From Pseudomonadota bacterium (GTDB taxonomy: Bacteria > Pseudomonadota > Alphaproteobacteria > UBA8366 > GCA-2717185), in NCBI GenBank assembly GCA_027619655.1, contig JAQCHR010000002.1:1-34211 (forward strand): 34,211 nucleotides of DNA. Reading direction: 5' to 3'. Position numbers and translations under genes: made by a program. Shown one piece after another: positions 18,593 through 26,586 of this stretch. How positions within the stretch are numbered: position 1 is the first letter of the stretch; each line of letters starts with the position of its first letter. Below the pieces are notes generated by a model. That model searched no databases. It was not told the DNA's origin and was given only the letters and a program-made list of their open reading frames with translations.

Positions 18593-19528
18593 ATGGCGAA
18601 TTCCGAACGTTTTTCCGGCGTCATCGCGCCGGCGCTGACCCCGTTCAAGGCCGACTTTTCGCCGGATACGGCGCGTTTCGTGAAGCATTGCAACTGGTTG
18701 CTGGAGCAGGGTTGCGCCGGACTGGCGGTATTCGGCACGACCAGCGAAGCGAATTCGCAATCGGGCGCGGAGCGCAGGGCGCTGCTTGAAGCGCTCGTCA
18801 AATCAGGTATCGACCCCAAGGTCCTGATGCCGGGAACCGGCGCGACCTCAATCACCGAAGCCATCGAACTGACCAAGCACGCGGTCGATCTGGGCTGCAG
18901 CGGGGTCCTGATACTGCCGCCATACTACTACAAGAATGTCGATGACGACGGCATCTTCCGCTTCTTCGACGCGGTGATCCAGCGCATCGCCGATGATCGG
19001 CTGCAGTGCTATCTGTATCATATACCGCCGCAGACCGTATTCGGCTTCTCGCTGGACCTGATCGGCCGGCTGATCGATGCCTATCCGAAAACCGTTGTCG
19101 GCCTGAAAGACAGTTCCGGCGACTGGAACAACATGGCGGCGATCCTGAAAAATTTCCCCGGGTTCAACATGTTTCCTGGCGCCGAGAACCACATGCTGGC
19201 AGGCCTTCGGAACGGCGCCGCCGGCTGCATCACGGCCACGGCGAACGCCAACCCGGCAAAGCTGCGCGAACTGTTTGACAAGTGGCAAACGCCGGAAGCC
19301 GACGACCTGCAGGCGTCGATCACGGCGCTGCGCAAGACCATCCAGAGCTTCCCGATGGTCCCGGCGCTGAAGGAGATCATTGCCCATTTCACCGGCGACA
19401 GCGACTGGAAGATCAATCGCCCGCCCTTCACGCAGATGGGCGCGGAAGAGGTCCGGAACCTGTTCGTTGAACTTGAAAAACACAATTTCACGCTGGAACA
19501 GCCCAAACTGGCCATGGCAGGCAACTGA
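18593..19528 (+). CDS. Dihydrodipicolinate synthase (DHDPS/NAL) family class-I pyruvate aldolase or dehydratase, specificity unknown
   Basis: 311 aa. Motifs are GVIAPALTPF, AVFGTTSEANSQS (GTTGE-like), ILPPYYYK and the Schiff-base lysine context VVGLKDSSGD. Confidence 0.8.
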   Translation: MANSERFSGVIAPALTPFKADFSPDTARFVKHCNWLLEQGCAGLAVFGTTSEANSQSGAERRALLEALVKSGIDPKVLMPGTGATSITEAIELTKHAVDLGCSGVLILPPYYYKNVDDDGIFRFFDAVIQRIADDRLQCYLYHIPPQTVFGFSLDLIGRLIDAYPKTVVGLKDSSGDWNNMAAILKNFPGFNMFPGAENHMLAGLRNGAAGCITATANANPAKLRELFDKWQTPEADDLQASITALRKTIQSFPMVPALKEIIAHFTGDSDWKINRPPFTQMGAEEVRNLFVELEKHNFTLEQPKLAMAGN

Positions 19529-19545
19529 GGCCGTCTCCGGCCGGT

Positions 19546-20562
19546 TTAATCGCCGCGCTTTTTGTCGATTGCGTCCAGCGCGGCCTGCACCCGATCGACA
19601 TAGGCCTTGTCCAGTCCCAGCGACGTCACCAACGCCGGCTGTTCCTGCAGCATCTTCCGGCGCATCGCTTTTCGATCGTCAGTAGACGGCGCGGCGAAGG
19701 TTACGCCCTTCTGCGCCGCTGCCTCGCGGGCGGTGGCCTGATGCCGGGCGGCAAAGCCGCGCATGTCCTCCACTGCCGCTTCCCAGCCTTTCGACAGCAG
19801 CGTGCGCTCTCCATCGGAGAATGAGTCCCAGCGCCGACGGTTCATGATCGGCGTGTACTGGTAAAATACCTGATCGTCGATAAACGCGTATTTTACACCG
19901 GCGCCCCAAAGTGCTTCGTCGCGCACAAAGGAATGGGTCGTCAGGAGCCCGCCGATCAGTCCTTCCTGCATTGCGCTCTTCAGATTGGCGAGGGGCACCC
20001 GCCGCGGCGTCGCACCGAAAACCAGATAGCGGGCCAGATCATCGCTGCCGCCAGGCACCCGGATATTCAATCCCTCCAGATCCGTATAGGATTCCGCTTT
20101 CCGGGCCGACAGGTAAATCTGCCCCAGCCCAAGGTTGATGCGCCGCCCGAGCACCCGTACGTTCAGCGCCTGCTCCAGCGCGCCGTCCAGTTCGCGGCCC
20201 AGCGGTCCGTCGAAGATCGCGATGGCGTCGTCCGCGCTGCGCCCGTAAAATGCCGGCAACGCCGAAACACGGAAATTGGGTACAATACGCGCCACGTGCC
20301 ACCAGCCGGGCACCGCCATGTCGAAAACGCCTTCGGCAACCGCATTGAGGACATTGGCCCCATCGAAGCGGATTTCGTCATGACGCAGTTTAACGACAAG
20401 ACGGTTGCTTGATTCCGCCGCGACCCTGGCGGCCCAGCGCTCCAGCGCCTGATTGCGGATATGCTCTTTTGCGGTGGGCAACGCCACTTCAATGACGGTT
20501 TGCGCGGCCACGGACTGAATCCCGGCGAAAACCAGCGCCACGGCAAAAAATATTGTTTTCAT
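19546..20562 (-). CDS. TRAP-type (DctP-like) periplasmic solute-binding protein, orphan
   Basis: Track ORF 19546..20592 has a GTG start. The ATG at 20562 gives MKTIFFAVALVFAGIQSVAAQ, a signal peptide. Its length and pattern (NIRVPGGS..., C-terminal helical region) are DctP-like. No DctQ/DctM membrane genes are in the window. Confidence 0.55.
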   Translation of the reverse strand: MKTIFFAVALVFAGIQSVAAQTVIEVALPTAKEHIRNQALERWAARVAAESSNRLVVKLRHDEIRFDGANVLNAVAEGVFDMAVPGWWHVARIVPNFRVSALPAFYGRSADDAIAIFDGPLGRELDGALEQALNVRVLGRRINLGLGQIYLSARKAESYTDLEGLNIRVPGGSDDLARYLVFGATPRRVPLANLKSAMQEGLIGGLLTTHSFVRDEALWGAGVKYAFIDDQVFYQYTPIMNRRRWDSFSDGERTLLSKGWEAAVEDMRGFAARHQATAREAAAQKGVTFAAPSTDDRKAMRRKMLQEQPALVTSLGLDKAYVDRVQAALDAIDKKRGD

Positions 20563-20592
20563 TGCAGGGGTTTGCCAGTTTTTCCGCGCCAC

Positions 20593-20693
20593 GAACAGTT
20601 CATTTATCGAGCGGACACTAGGTTTTGCGGTGCAAACTTGTCAATCTGTGTGCCGCCATTGATAAATGCGACAACAAGAGGAAAGAAAACCAA
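20593..20693. promoter_or_regulatory. Divergent intergenic region with AT-rich inverted-repeat elements
   Basis: This ~100 bp lies between the TRAP-SBP gene and the 7-gene operon. ATTGATAAATG (20658-20668) has its reverse complement upstream as CATTTATC (20601-20608, 8/8). It also pairs with TTGTCAAT (20638-20645, 7/8 with ATTGATAA, spacer 12). Confidence 0.3.
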
Positions 20694-22043
20694 ATGGCAT
20701 CGACCGCTTTTGATTCCGAAATTTTCAAGGACCTGTTCGGCACCGAGGCGATGCGGCAGGTATTTTCCGACGAAGCACTACTGCAGAAATACCTGGATGT
20801 AGAAGCGGCCCTGGCCAAGGTGCAGGCGCGCCTGGGGATCATCCCGCAGAATGCCGCCGACGAAATCATCGCCAAGGCAAAATACGAAAACCTGGACATG
20901 GATCGCTACCGTGAGCGCGTAAGTCAGGTGTTCTACCCGATCCTGCCGCTGGTCGAGGGCCTTGTCGCGGCCTGTGACGACGGGTTGGGCGAATACTGCC
21001 ATTGGGGCACGACGACTCAGGATATCATGGACAGTGCCTATTCGATGCAGGTGCGCGAGGCGCTGGAAATCATCGACGCGGACCTCGCTGCGATCGCCGG
21101 ACTGCTGGCGAAACTGGCCCGGGAACACCGTGACACGGTAATGGCCGGACGCAGCCATCTGCAGCAGGCCCTGCCGGTGACGTTTGGCTACAAGGTGGCC
21201 GGATGGCTGTCGGGGATCGAGCGAAGCCGCCAGCGCCTGGCGGAACTGCGGCCTCGCGCGACCATGGCGCAGTTCAGCGGCGCAGCGGGAACGCTCGCGT
21301 CGCTCGGCAAGGATGGATTTGCCATACAGGACGGGGTCGCGGACGAACTGGGCCTGGAGCGGCCGGAGATCGCCTGGCACACCATGCGGGACACCGTGGC
21401 CGAGGTGATCACTTTCCTTGGCCTCCTGACCGGCACGCTCGGCAAGATCGGCACCGATGTCCTGATGCTGATGCAGACCGAGGTCGGTGAGGTCTTCGAG
21501 CCGTTCACTCCCGGCCGCGGCGCCAGCAGCACGATGCCGCAAAAGCGCAACCCCATTTCCTGTGAGTTGATGACCGTCGCCGCACGGGGAGTCCGGCAAT
21601 ACGTCGCAATGGTCCTCGACGGCATGCTGCAGGACCACGAGCGCGCCTCCGGCGGCTGGCATGTGGAATGGATGTCGATCCCGCAAGCCTTCATCCTGAC
21701 CGCCGGGTCGCTGCGCCAGGCGCGCGACATGCTGGACGGGCTGATCGTCGACAAGGACCGGATGCTGCGCAATCTTGAACTCACCAACGGTCTGATCGTG
21801 TCGGAAGCCGTGATGATGGGGCTGGCGCCGCATATCGGGCGGCAGGTGGCCCATGACCTGGTCTACGACGCCTGCCGGGACGCCGTGACGTCGAACCGGC
21901 AATTGTACGACGTGCTTGTGGAGATGCCGATAATAACGGAAAAACTGTCGCGGGACGATATCGCCGCGCTGTGCGATCCTGCAAACTATACCGGCTTGGC
22001 TGGTGAGATGGTTGACCGGCTGCTGGCCAGAACAGGACACTGA
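20694..22043 (+). CDS. Class-II fumarase/aspartase-superfamily lyase (3-carboxy-cis,cis-muconate cycloisomerase / adenylosuccinate lyase-like)
   Basis: Track ORF 20625..22043. I moved the start to the ATG at 20694, which is preceded by AGGAAAG. The superfamily signature GASSTMPQKRNP (GSSxMPxKxN) is present. The N-terminus FDSEIFKDLFGTEAMRQVFSDEALLQKYLDVEAALA is PcaB-like. Confidence 0.75.
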   Translation: MASTAFDSEIFKDLFGTEAMRQVFSDEALLQKYLDVEAALAKVQARLGIIPQNAADEIIAKAKYENLDMDRYRERVSQVFYPILPLVEGLVAACDDGLGEYCHWGTTTQDIMDSAYSMQVREALEIIDADLAAIAGLLAKLAREHRDTVMAGRSHLQQALPVTFGYKVAGWLSGIERSRQRLAELRPRATMAQFSGAAGTLASLGKDGFAIQDGVADELGLERPEIAWHTMRDTVAEVITFLGLLTGTLGKIGTDVLMLMQTEVGEVFEPFTPGRGASSTMPQKRNPISCELMTVAARGVRQYVAMVLDGMLQDHERASGGWHVEWMSIPQAFILTAGSLRQARDMLDGLIVDKDRMLRNLELTNGLIVSEAVMMGLAPHIGRQVAHDLVYDACRDAVTSNRQLYDVLVEMPIITEKLSRDDIAALCDPANYTGLAGEMVDRLLARTGH

Positions 22044-22057
22044 TGGGAGTAACCGCT

Positions 22058-22948
22058 ATGAAACTGGGCTTTGTCGGAACCGGCGCAATGGGGGCGCCGA
22101 TGTCGCAGCACCTGATCGAGCAGGGCCACGAACTCGTGGTCTACGACATCAATGCCGCCTCGATGCAGCCGATCCTGGATGCCGGGGCAACCGCGGCGCA
22201 ATCCCCGAAGGATGCGGCCGACCAGGCGGAGATTGTGTTCGTCAGCGTGCCGAACAACAACGCGGTTCGCACAGCCGTCCTGGGCGCTGACGGCGTTATC
22301 GCCGGCAGCAGGATCCGGCTCTATGTCAGCCTGTGCACCACCGGTTCGCCACTCGCGAAGGAAATCACGACCGCATTGGCGGCGAAATCGATCGTGACCG
22401 TGGAATCGCCGATCAGTGGCGGTCCGCCGGGCGCAGTCGCCGGCACGCTCTCTGTCATGGCCTCCGGCCCGGAAGACGCCTTCCGGGAAGTGGAGCCGAT
22501 GCTGCGCGCGTGGGGCAAGATCACCTATGCGGGGGGCGCACCCGGCGCGGCGCAGGTGCTGAAACTGGCCAACAATATCCTGTCGGCAACGGCGCTGGCC
22601 GCCACCGCCGAGGCCATCGTCATGGGCGTCAAGGGCGGCCTTGATCCCGCCGTCATGCTGCAGGCGATCAATGCCGGCAGCGGCCGCAACAGCGCCACAC
22701 TGGACAAGTTTCCGCGCGATGTCCTGACCCGCAATTTCCAGTATGGCGCGGCAATGGATATCCTGATGAAAGACACGGACCTGGCACTGGCGGAGGGTGA
22801 GGCGCTGGGCGTGGACATGAAGGTCTGCGATCAGGTCCGGAAAATGTTCCGCGCCGCCATCGACGCCGGCATGGGGAAACAGGATATCACCAGCATTGTG
22901 AAGTGCATCGAGCGGCAGGCCGGTGTCGAGATTCCGAAAGTTCGTTAG
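22058..22948 (+). CDS. NAD(P)-dependent oxidoreductase of the 3-hydroxyisobutyrate dehydrogenase (HIBADH) family
   Basis: Track ORF 22043..22948. The ATG at 22058 gives MKLGFVGTGAMGAPMSQHL (Rossmann GxGxxG). The catalytic-lysine region is GAAQVLKLANNIL. Confidence 0.8.
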   Translation: MKLGFVGTGAMGAPMSQHLIEQGHELVVYDINAASMQPILDAGATAAQSPKDAADQAEIVFVSVPNNNAVRTAVLGADGVIAGSRIRLYVSLCTTGSPLAKEITTALAAKSIVTVESPISGGPPGAVAGTLSVMASGPEDAFREVEPMLRAWGKITYAGGAPGAAQVLKLANNILSATALAATAEAIVMGVKGGLDPAVMLQAINAGSGRNSATLDKFPRDVLTRNFQYGAAMDILMKDTDLALAEGEALGVDMKVCDQVRKMFRAAIDAGMGKQDITSIVKCIERQAGVEIPKVR

Positions 22949-22958
22949 GCGTACGACG

Positions 22959-24332
22959 ATGGTTGCGGTTTCCGAACAGAACTTGAAACGCCTTGTCGAC
23001 AGCGAAAGCGGCACGATCAGCCGCGAAATCTTTGTCGATCAGGCGATTTTCGATCAGGAAATGGAACGCATATTCTCCCGCGCATGGCTGTTCGTCGGGC
23101 ATGAAGGCCTGATCCCCAACCCGGAGGATTTCTTCGCATCCCGGATGGGCCGGGATCCGGTGATCCTGACCCGCAACAAACAGGGCGAAATCCTTGTCTT
23201 TTTGAACAGCTGCACCCATCGCGGCATGAAGCTGTGCCGCTACGATCACGGCAACGCCCGCGCCTTCACCTGCCCCTATCATGGCTGGAGTTTTTCCACC
23301 AACCGCGACATCGTCGAGGAACCGGGCGAACTGGTCGGCGTGCCCCATTTCGATGCCGGTTACGGCGACAGGCTGGACCGCAAGCGCTGGGGGCTGGTGC
23401 GCTGCCCGAATGTCGTCGTTTACAAGGGCACGATCTGGGCCAATTGGGATACCGGCGCGCCGCCCTTCCTCGACTGGCTGGGCGACATGCGGCGCTACCT
23501 GGACTTTGCACTGGACCATCGCGACGGCCGCCCCGGCGGATCGGAGGTCATCGGCGGCGTGCAGAAATGGCGCGTGAAGACCAACTGGAAATTCGTCGCG
23601 GAAAATTTCGCCGGCGACATGTACCACGATATCAGCCACCGTTCGGTCGATACCGTGGGAATCGGCCCCGGCGGCAAGGGACGGCGTGACGCGCAGCGGC
23701 CCCGCCTCGCCATCGGCTTCAGCGATCTGGGGCATGGCGTGCTGGGCGAACTGCCGCATACGGTGGAACCGGCATATTCACCGACCTTCGCCAGCGATCC
23801 GGAGGTCGAGGCCTATTACCGCCGGATCTACGACGACAGGGTCCGCCATCTCGGCGACAGGCCGCGCGTCACCAATTCGGTTGGCACGATCTTTCCCAAT
23901 ATGTCCTTCCACAGCCGGCAACCGCGCACCATCCTGATCACCCATCCGATCAGCCCGACGGAAGTCGAACTCTGGCGGCTGTACCTGGTGGATGCGGATG
24001 CGCCGCAACCGGTCAAGGACGCGGCACGTCACTACTACCTGCGCTATTCCGGCCCCGGCGGCATGACCGAGGCCGACGACATGGAAAACTGGACCTATGC
24101 GAGCGAATCCAGCATCGGCAGCGTCGCCCGGCAACAGGATTTCAACTACCAGCTGGCACTCGGCCATGCCAGACCCGCGCCAGGACTGCGCGGCGCGGTG
24201 CAGAGCGGGACCTATTCGGAGGAAAACCAGCGGATTTTTTATCGCCGCTGGGCGCAATTCATGGCCGGCAAGGACTGGTCCGAACTGATGCCGGAAAGCG
24301 ATCCGGCGGAAGTGATCGCCAATGCAGGCTGA
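22959..24332 (+). CDS. Rieske non-haem-iron ring-hydroxylating oxygenase, alpha subunit
   Basis: Track ORF 22923..24332; I moved the start to the ATG at 22959. The Rieske [2Fe-2S] motif is CTHRGMKLCRYDHGNARAFTCPYHGWSF. The mononuclear-iron region is NWKFVAENFAGDMYHDISH. Confidence 0.85.
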   Translation: MVAVSEQNLKRLVDSESGTISREIFVDQAIFDQEMERIFSRAWLFVGHEGLIPNPEDFFASRMGRDPVILTRNKQGEILVFLNSCTHRGMKLCRYDHGNARAFTCPYHGWSFSTNRDIVEEPGELVGVPHFDAGYGDRLDRKRWGLVRCPNVVVYKGTIWANWDTGAPPFLDWLGDMRRYLDFALDHRDGRPGGSEVIGGVQKWRVKTNWKFVAENFAGDMYHDISHRSVDTVGIGPGGKGRRDAQRPRLAIGFSDLGHGVLGELPHTVEPAYSPTFASDPEVEAYYRRIYDDRVRHLGDRPRVTNSVGTIFPNMSFHSRQPRTILITHPISPTEVELWRLYLVDADAPQPVKDAARHYYLRYSGPGGMTEADDMENWTYASESSIGSVARQQDFNYQLALGHARPAPGLRGAVQSGTYSEENQRIFYRRWAQFMAGKDWSELMPESDPAEVIANAG

Positions 24333-24864
24333 TCAACTGGCGGCGCTGGAACGACTGCTGCTGCACCGGGACATCGAGGATGTCATGCATGCGGAAGCCG
24401 AACTGCTGGATGCCCGCCGCTTCGACGAATGGCTGACGATGCTCGCCCCCGATATCCGCTACTGGATGCCGATGATGCGGAACGTGCATTCCGCCCACGG
24501 AGCAGACGAGTTCACGCATGAACAGGCCGATGCCAACTGGATGGATGAGGGGCTGAAAACCCTGACCCAGCGGGTCCGGCAGCTTGCCACCGGCATTCAC
24601 TGGGCGGAGGAGCCGGTTTCCCGGACCACCCATATGGTCAGCAACGTCCGGTTGCTGGCTGTGCGGGCCGGCACGCCCCGCGAAGTAGACACATCCTGTC
24701 GCTTTCTGATCTACCGGAACCGGCAGCAGGACGAAGCCGATACGTTCATCGGCAAACGGCTTGATACGCTACGCCAGACAGATACCGGCTGGAAGATCGC
24801 CCGGCGTGAAATCCGGCTGGACCAGAACGTGCTGCTGGCAAAAAATCTGACAACATTTTTCTAG
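24322..24864 (+). CDS. Ring-hydroxylating oxygenase beta subunit (NTF2/SnoaL-like fold)
   Basis: 180 aa, overlapping the alpha gene by 11 nt. LLHRDIEDVMHAEAELLDARRFDEWLTMLAPDIRYWMP is the typical beta-subunit N-terminal pattern. Confidence 0.8.
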   Translation: MQADQLAALERLLLHRDIEDVMHAEAELLDARRFDEWLTMLAPDIRYWMPMMRNVHSAHGADEFTHEQADANWMDEGLKTLTQRVRQLATGIHWAEEPVSRTTHMVSNVRLLAVRAGTPREVDTSCRFLIYRNRQQDEADTFIGKRLDTLRQTDTGWKIARREIRLDQNVLLAKNLTTFF

Positions 24865-24876
24865 AAAGAGATTTCG

Positions 24877-25383
24877 ATGGTTTATGAAAGCAAGGAAATC
24901 GCCCCGCAACGCTATCGCGAGGAAATCGGTCGATACTACGAGGACTTCACCGTTGGCGATGTTTACGAACACCGCCCGGGTCGGACGATCACCGAGGCGG
25001 ATAACAGCTGGTTCACCCTGTTGACGATGAATACCCACCCGTTGCATTTCGATGCGGAATACGCGGCCAAAAGCGAGTTCGGCAAGCCGCTGGTCAACAG
25101 CGCCCTGACCCTGGCGATTGTCGCCGGAATGAGCGTCAGCGACACCAGCCAGAAGGCCATTGCCAATCTGGGTTGGAACGACATCAAACTGACTGCTCCG
25201 GTGTTCAACGGCGACACCATCTACGCCGAAAGCGAGGTGCTGGAGAAACGCGAATCCTCCTCCCGCCCGACGCAGGGTATTGTCACGATCAAGACAATCG
25301 GTAAGAAGGCCGACGGCACGGTCTTCATGTCCTACGTACGGACCATGCTGATCCCGAAGCGCGGCCACGGCATCGACATCTAG
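24877..25383 (+). CDS. MaoC-like (hotdog-fold) acyl-CoA hydratase/dehydratase
   Basis: 168 aa. FTVGDVYEHRPGRTITEADNSWFTLLTMNTHPLHFDAEYA is the MaoC dehydratase pattern, as in mesaconyl-/itaconyl-CoA hydratase-type enzymes. Confidence 0.75.
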   Translation: MVYESKEIAPQRYREEIGRYYEDFTVGDVYEHRPGRTITEADNSWFTLLTMNTHPLHFDAEYAAKSEFGKPLVNSALTLAIVAGMSVSDTSQKAIANLGWNDIKLTAPVFNGDTIYAESEVLEKRESSSRPTQGIVTIKTIGKKADGTVFMSYVRTMLIPKRGHGIDI

Positions 25384-25414
25384 CCAGACCCGAAGAAGAA
25401 ACGGAGCACAAGCC

Positions 25415-26575
25415 ATGCCGGATCCGGCAAAGAGCAACGACGACGAACGGATGATCCTCGATAGCGTCGAACAGTTCCTCGAACGCGACGTCAAACCCTA
25501 CGCCATGCATCTGGAGCATGAGGATATCTGGCCGGAAGACATCGTCGGCAAGATGGCCGAACTCGGTCTGTTCGGGTCGATCATCCATGAGGAGTATGGC
25601 GGGCTCGGCCTGTCCTGCAGTACCTATGCGAAGATCGTTGAAGTGGTCAGCCGCGAATGGATGTCCCTGTCGGGTATCTTCAATTCGCATCTCATCATGG
25701 CCTCCTGTGTGCAGCGCAACGGCACCGATGCGCAGAAACGCAAATGGCTGCCGAAATTCGCATCGGGCGAAATCCGCGGTGGGCTGGCGCTTACCGAACC
25801 CAATTGCGGCACCGACCTGCAGGCGATCCGCACCCGCGCCGACCGCGACGGCGACGGTTACCGCATCAATGGTACGAAAACCTGGATTTCCAACGGTATC
25901 CACGGTCATTGCTTTGCGGTCATGGTGAAGACAGACCTGAACGCCGAACCGCGCCACAAGGGCGTCAGTGTCTTCCTGGTCGAAAAGGGCGAAGGCTTCC
26001 GACCGTCCCGCAAGCTGGAGAAACTCGGCTACAAGGGCATCGATTCCGCCGAACTGCTGTTCGAGAACTGCCATGTGCCGGCGGAAAACCTGATCGGTGG
26101 CGTCGAGGGACAGGGCTTCCGGCACATCATGGGCGGGCTGGAACTGGGCCGGATCAATGTCGCGGCGCGCGGTGTCGGCGTCTCGCAGGCCGCGCTGGAC
26201 GAATCCGTGAAATATTCCCAGCAGCGCGAAACCTTCGGTAAGCCCATCGCCGAGCATCAGGCGATCCAGCTCATGCTCGCCGATATGGTGACAAGGACCG
26301 AGGCCGCCCGGCTGCTGGTCTACCGGGCCGCCGACGCCTTCGACCGGGGCGAGCGCTGCGACATGGAGGCCGGGATGGCGAAGCTGTTCGCCACCGAAGC
26401 CGCCGTCACCAATTCGATGGACGCGCTGCGGGTCCATGGCGGCTACGGCTATTCCAAGGAATTCCCCGTCGAACGTTACTACCGGGACGCCCCGCTTCTG
26501 ACCATCGGCGAGGGCACCAACGAATTGCAGCGTATCATCATCGCGCGGCAGCTCATCGCCCGTAACCCCATCTAG
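25415..26575 (+). CDS. Acyl-CoA dehydrogenase (standard approx. 385-aa form)
   Basis: 386 aa. Motifs are GGLALTEPNCGTDLQAI, KTWISNG, RVHGGYGYSKEFPVERYYRDAPLLTIGEGTNELQR. Confidence 0.85.
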   Translation: MPDPAKSNDDERMILDSVEQFLERDVKPYAMHLEHEDIWPEDIVGKMAELGLFGSIIHEEYGGLGLSCSTYAKIVEVVSREWMSLSGIFNSHLIMASCVQRNGTDAQKRKWLPKFASGEIRGGLALTEPNCGTDLQAIRTRADRDGDGYRINGTKTWISNGIHGHCFAVMVKTDLNAEPRHKGVSVFLVEKGEGFRPSRKLEKLGYKGIDSAELLFENCHVPAENLIGGVEGQGFRHIMGGLELGRINVAARGVGVSQAALDESVKYSQQRETFGKPIAEHQAIQLMLADMVTRTEAARLLVYRAADAFDRGERCDMEAGMAKLFATEAAVTNSMDALRVHGGYGYSKEFPVERYYRDAPLLTIGEGTNELQRIIIARQLIARNPI

Positions 26576-26586
26576 GAGGCCGAGGA

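Noticed and set aside
19529-19542. The small GC hairpin GGCCG-TCTC-CGGCC between the convergent DHDPS-family and TRAP-SBP genes, considered as a bidirectional terminator.
   Set aside because: It has only a 5-bp stem and no U-tract on either strand, and it overlaps the approach to the SBP stop. This is too weak to call.
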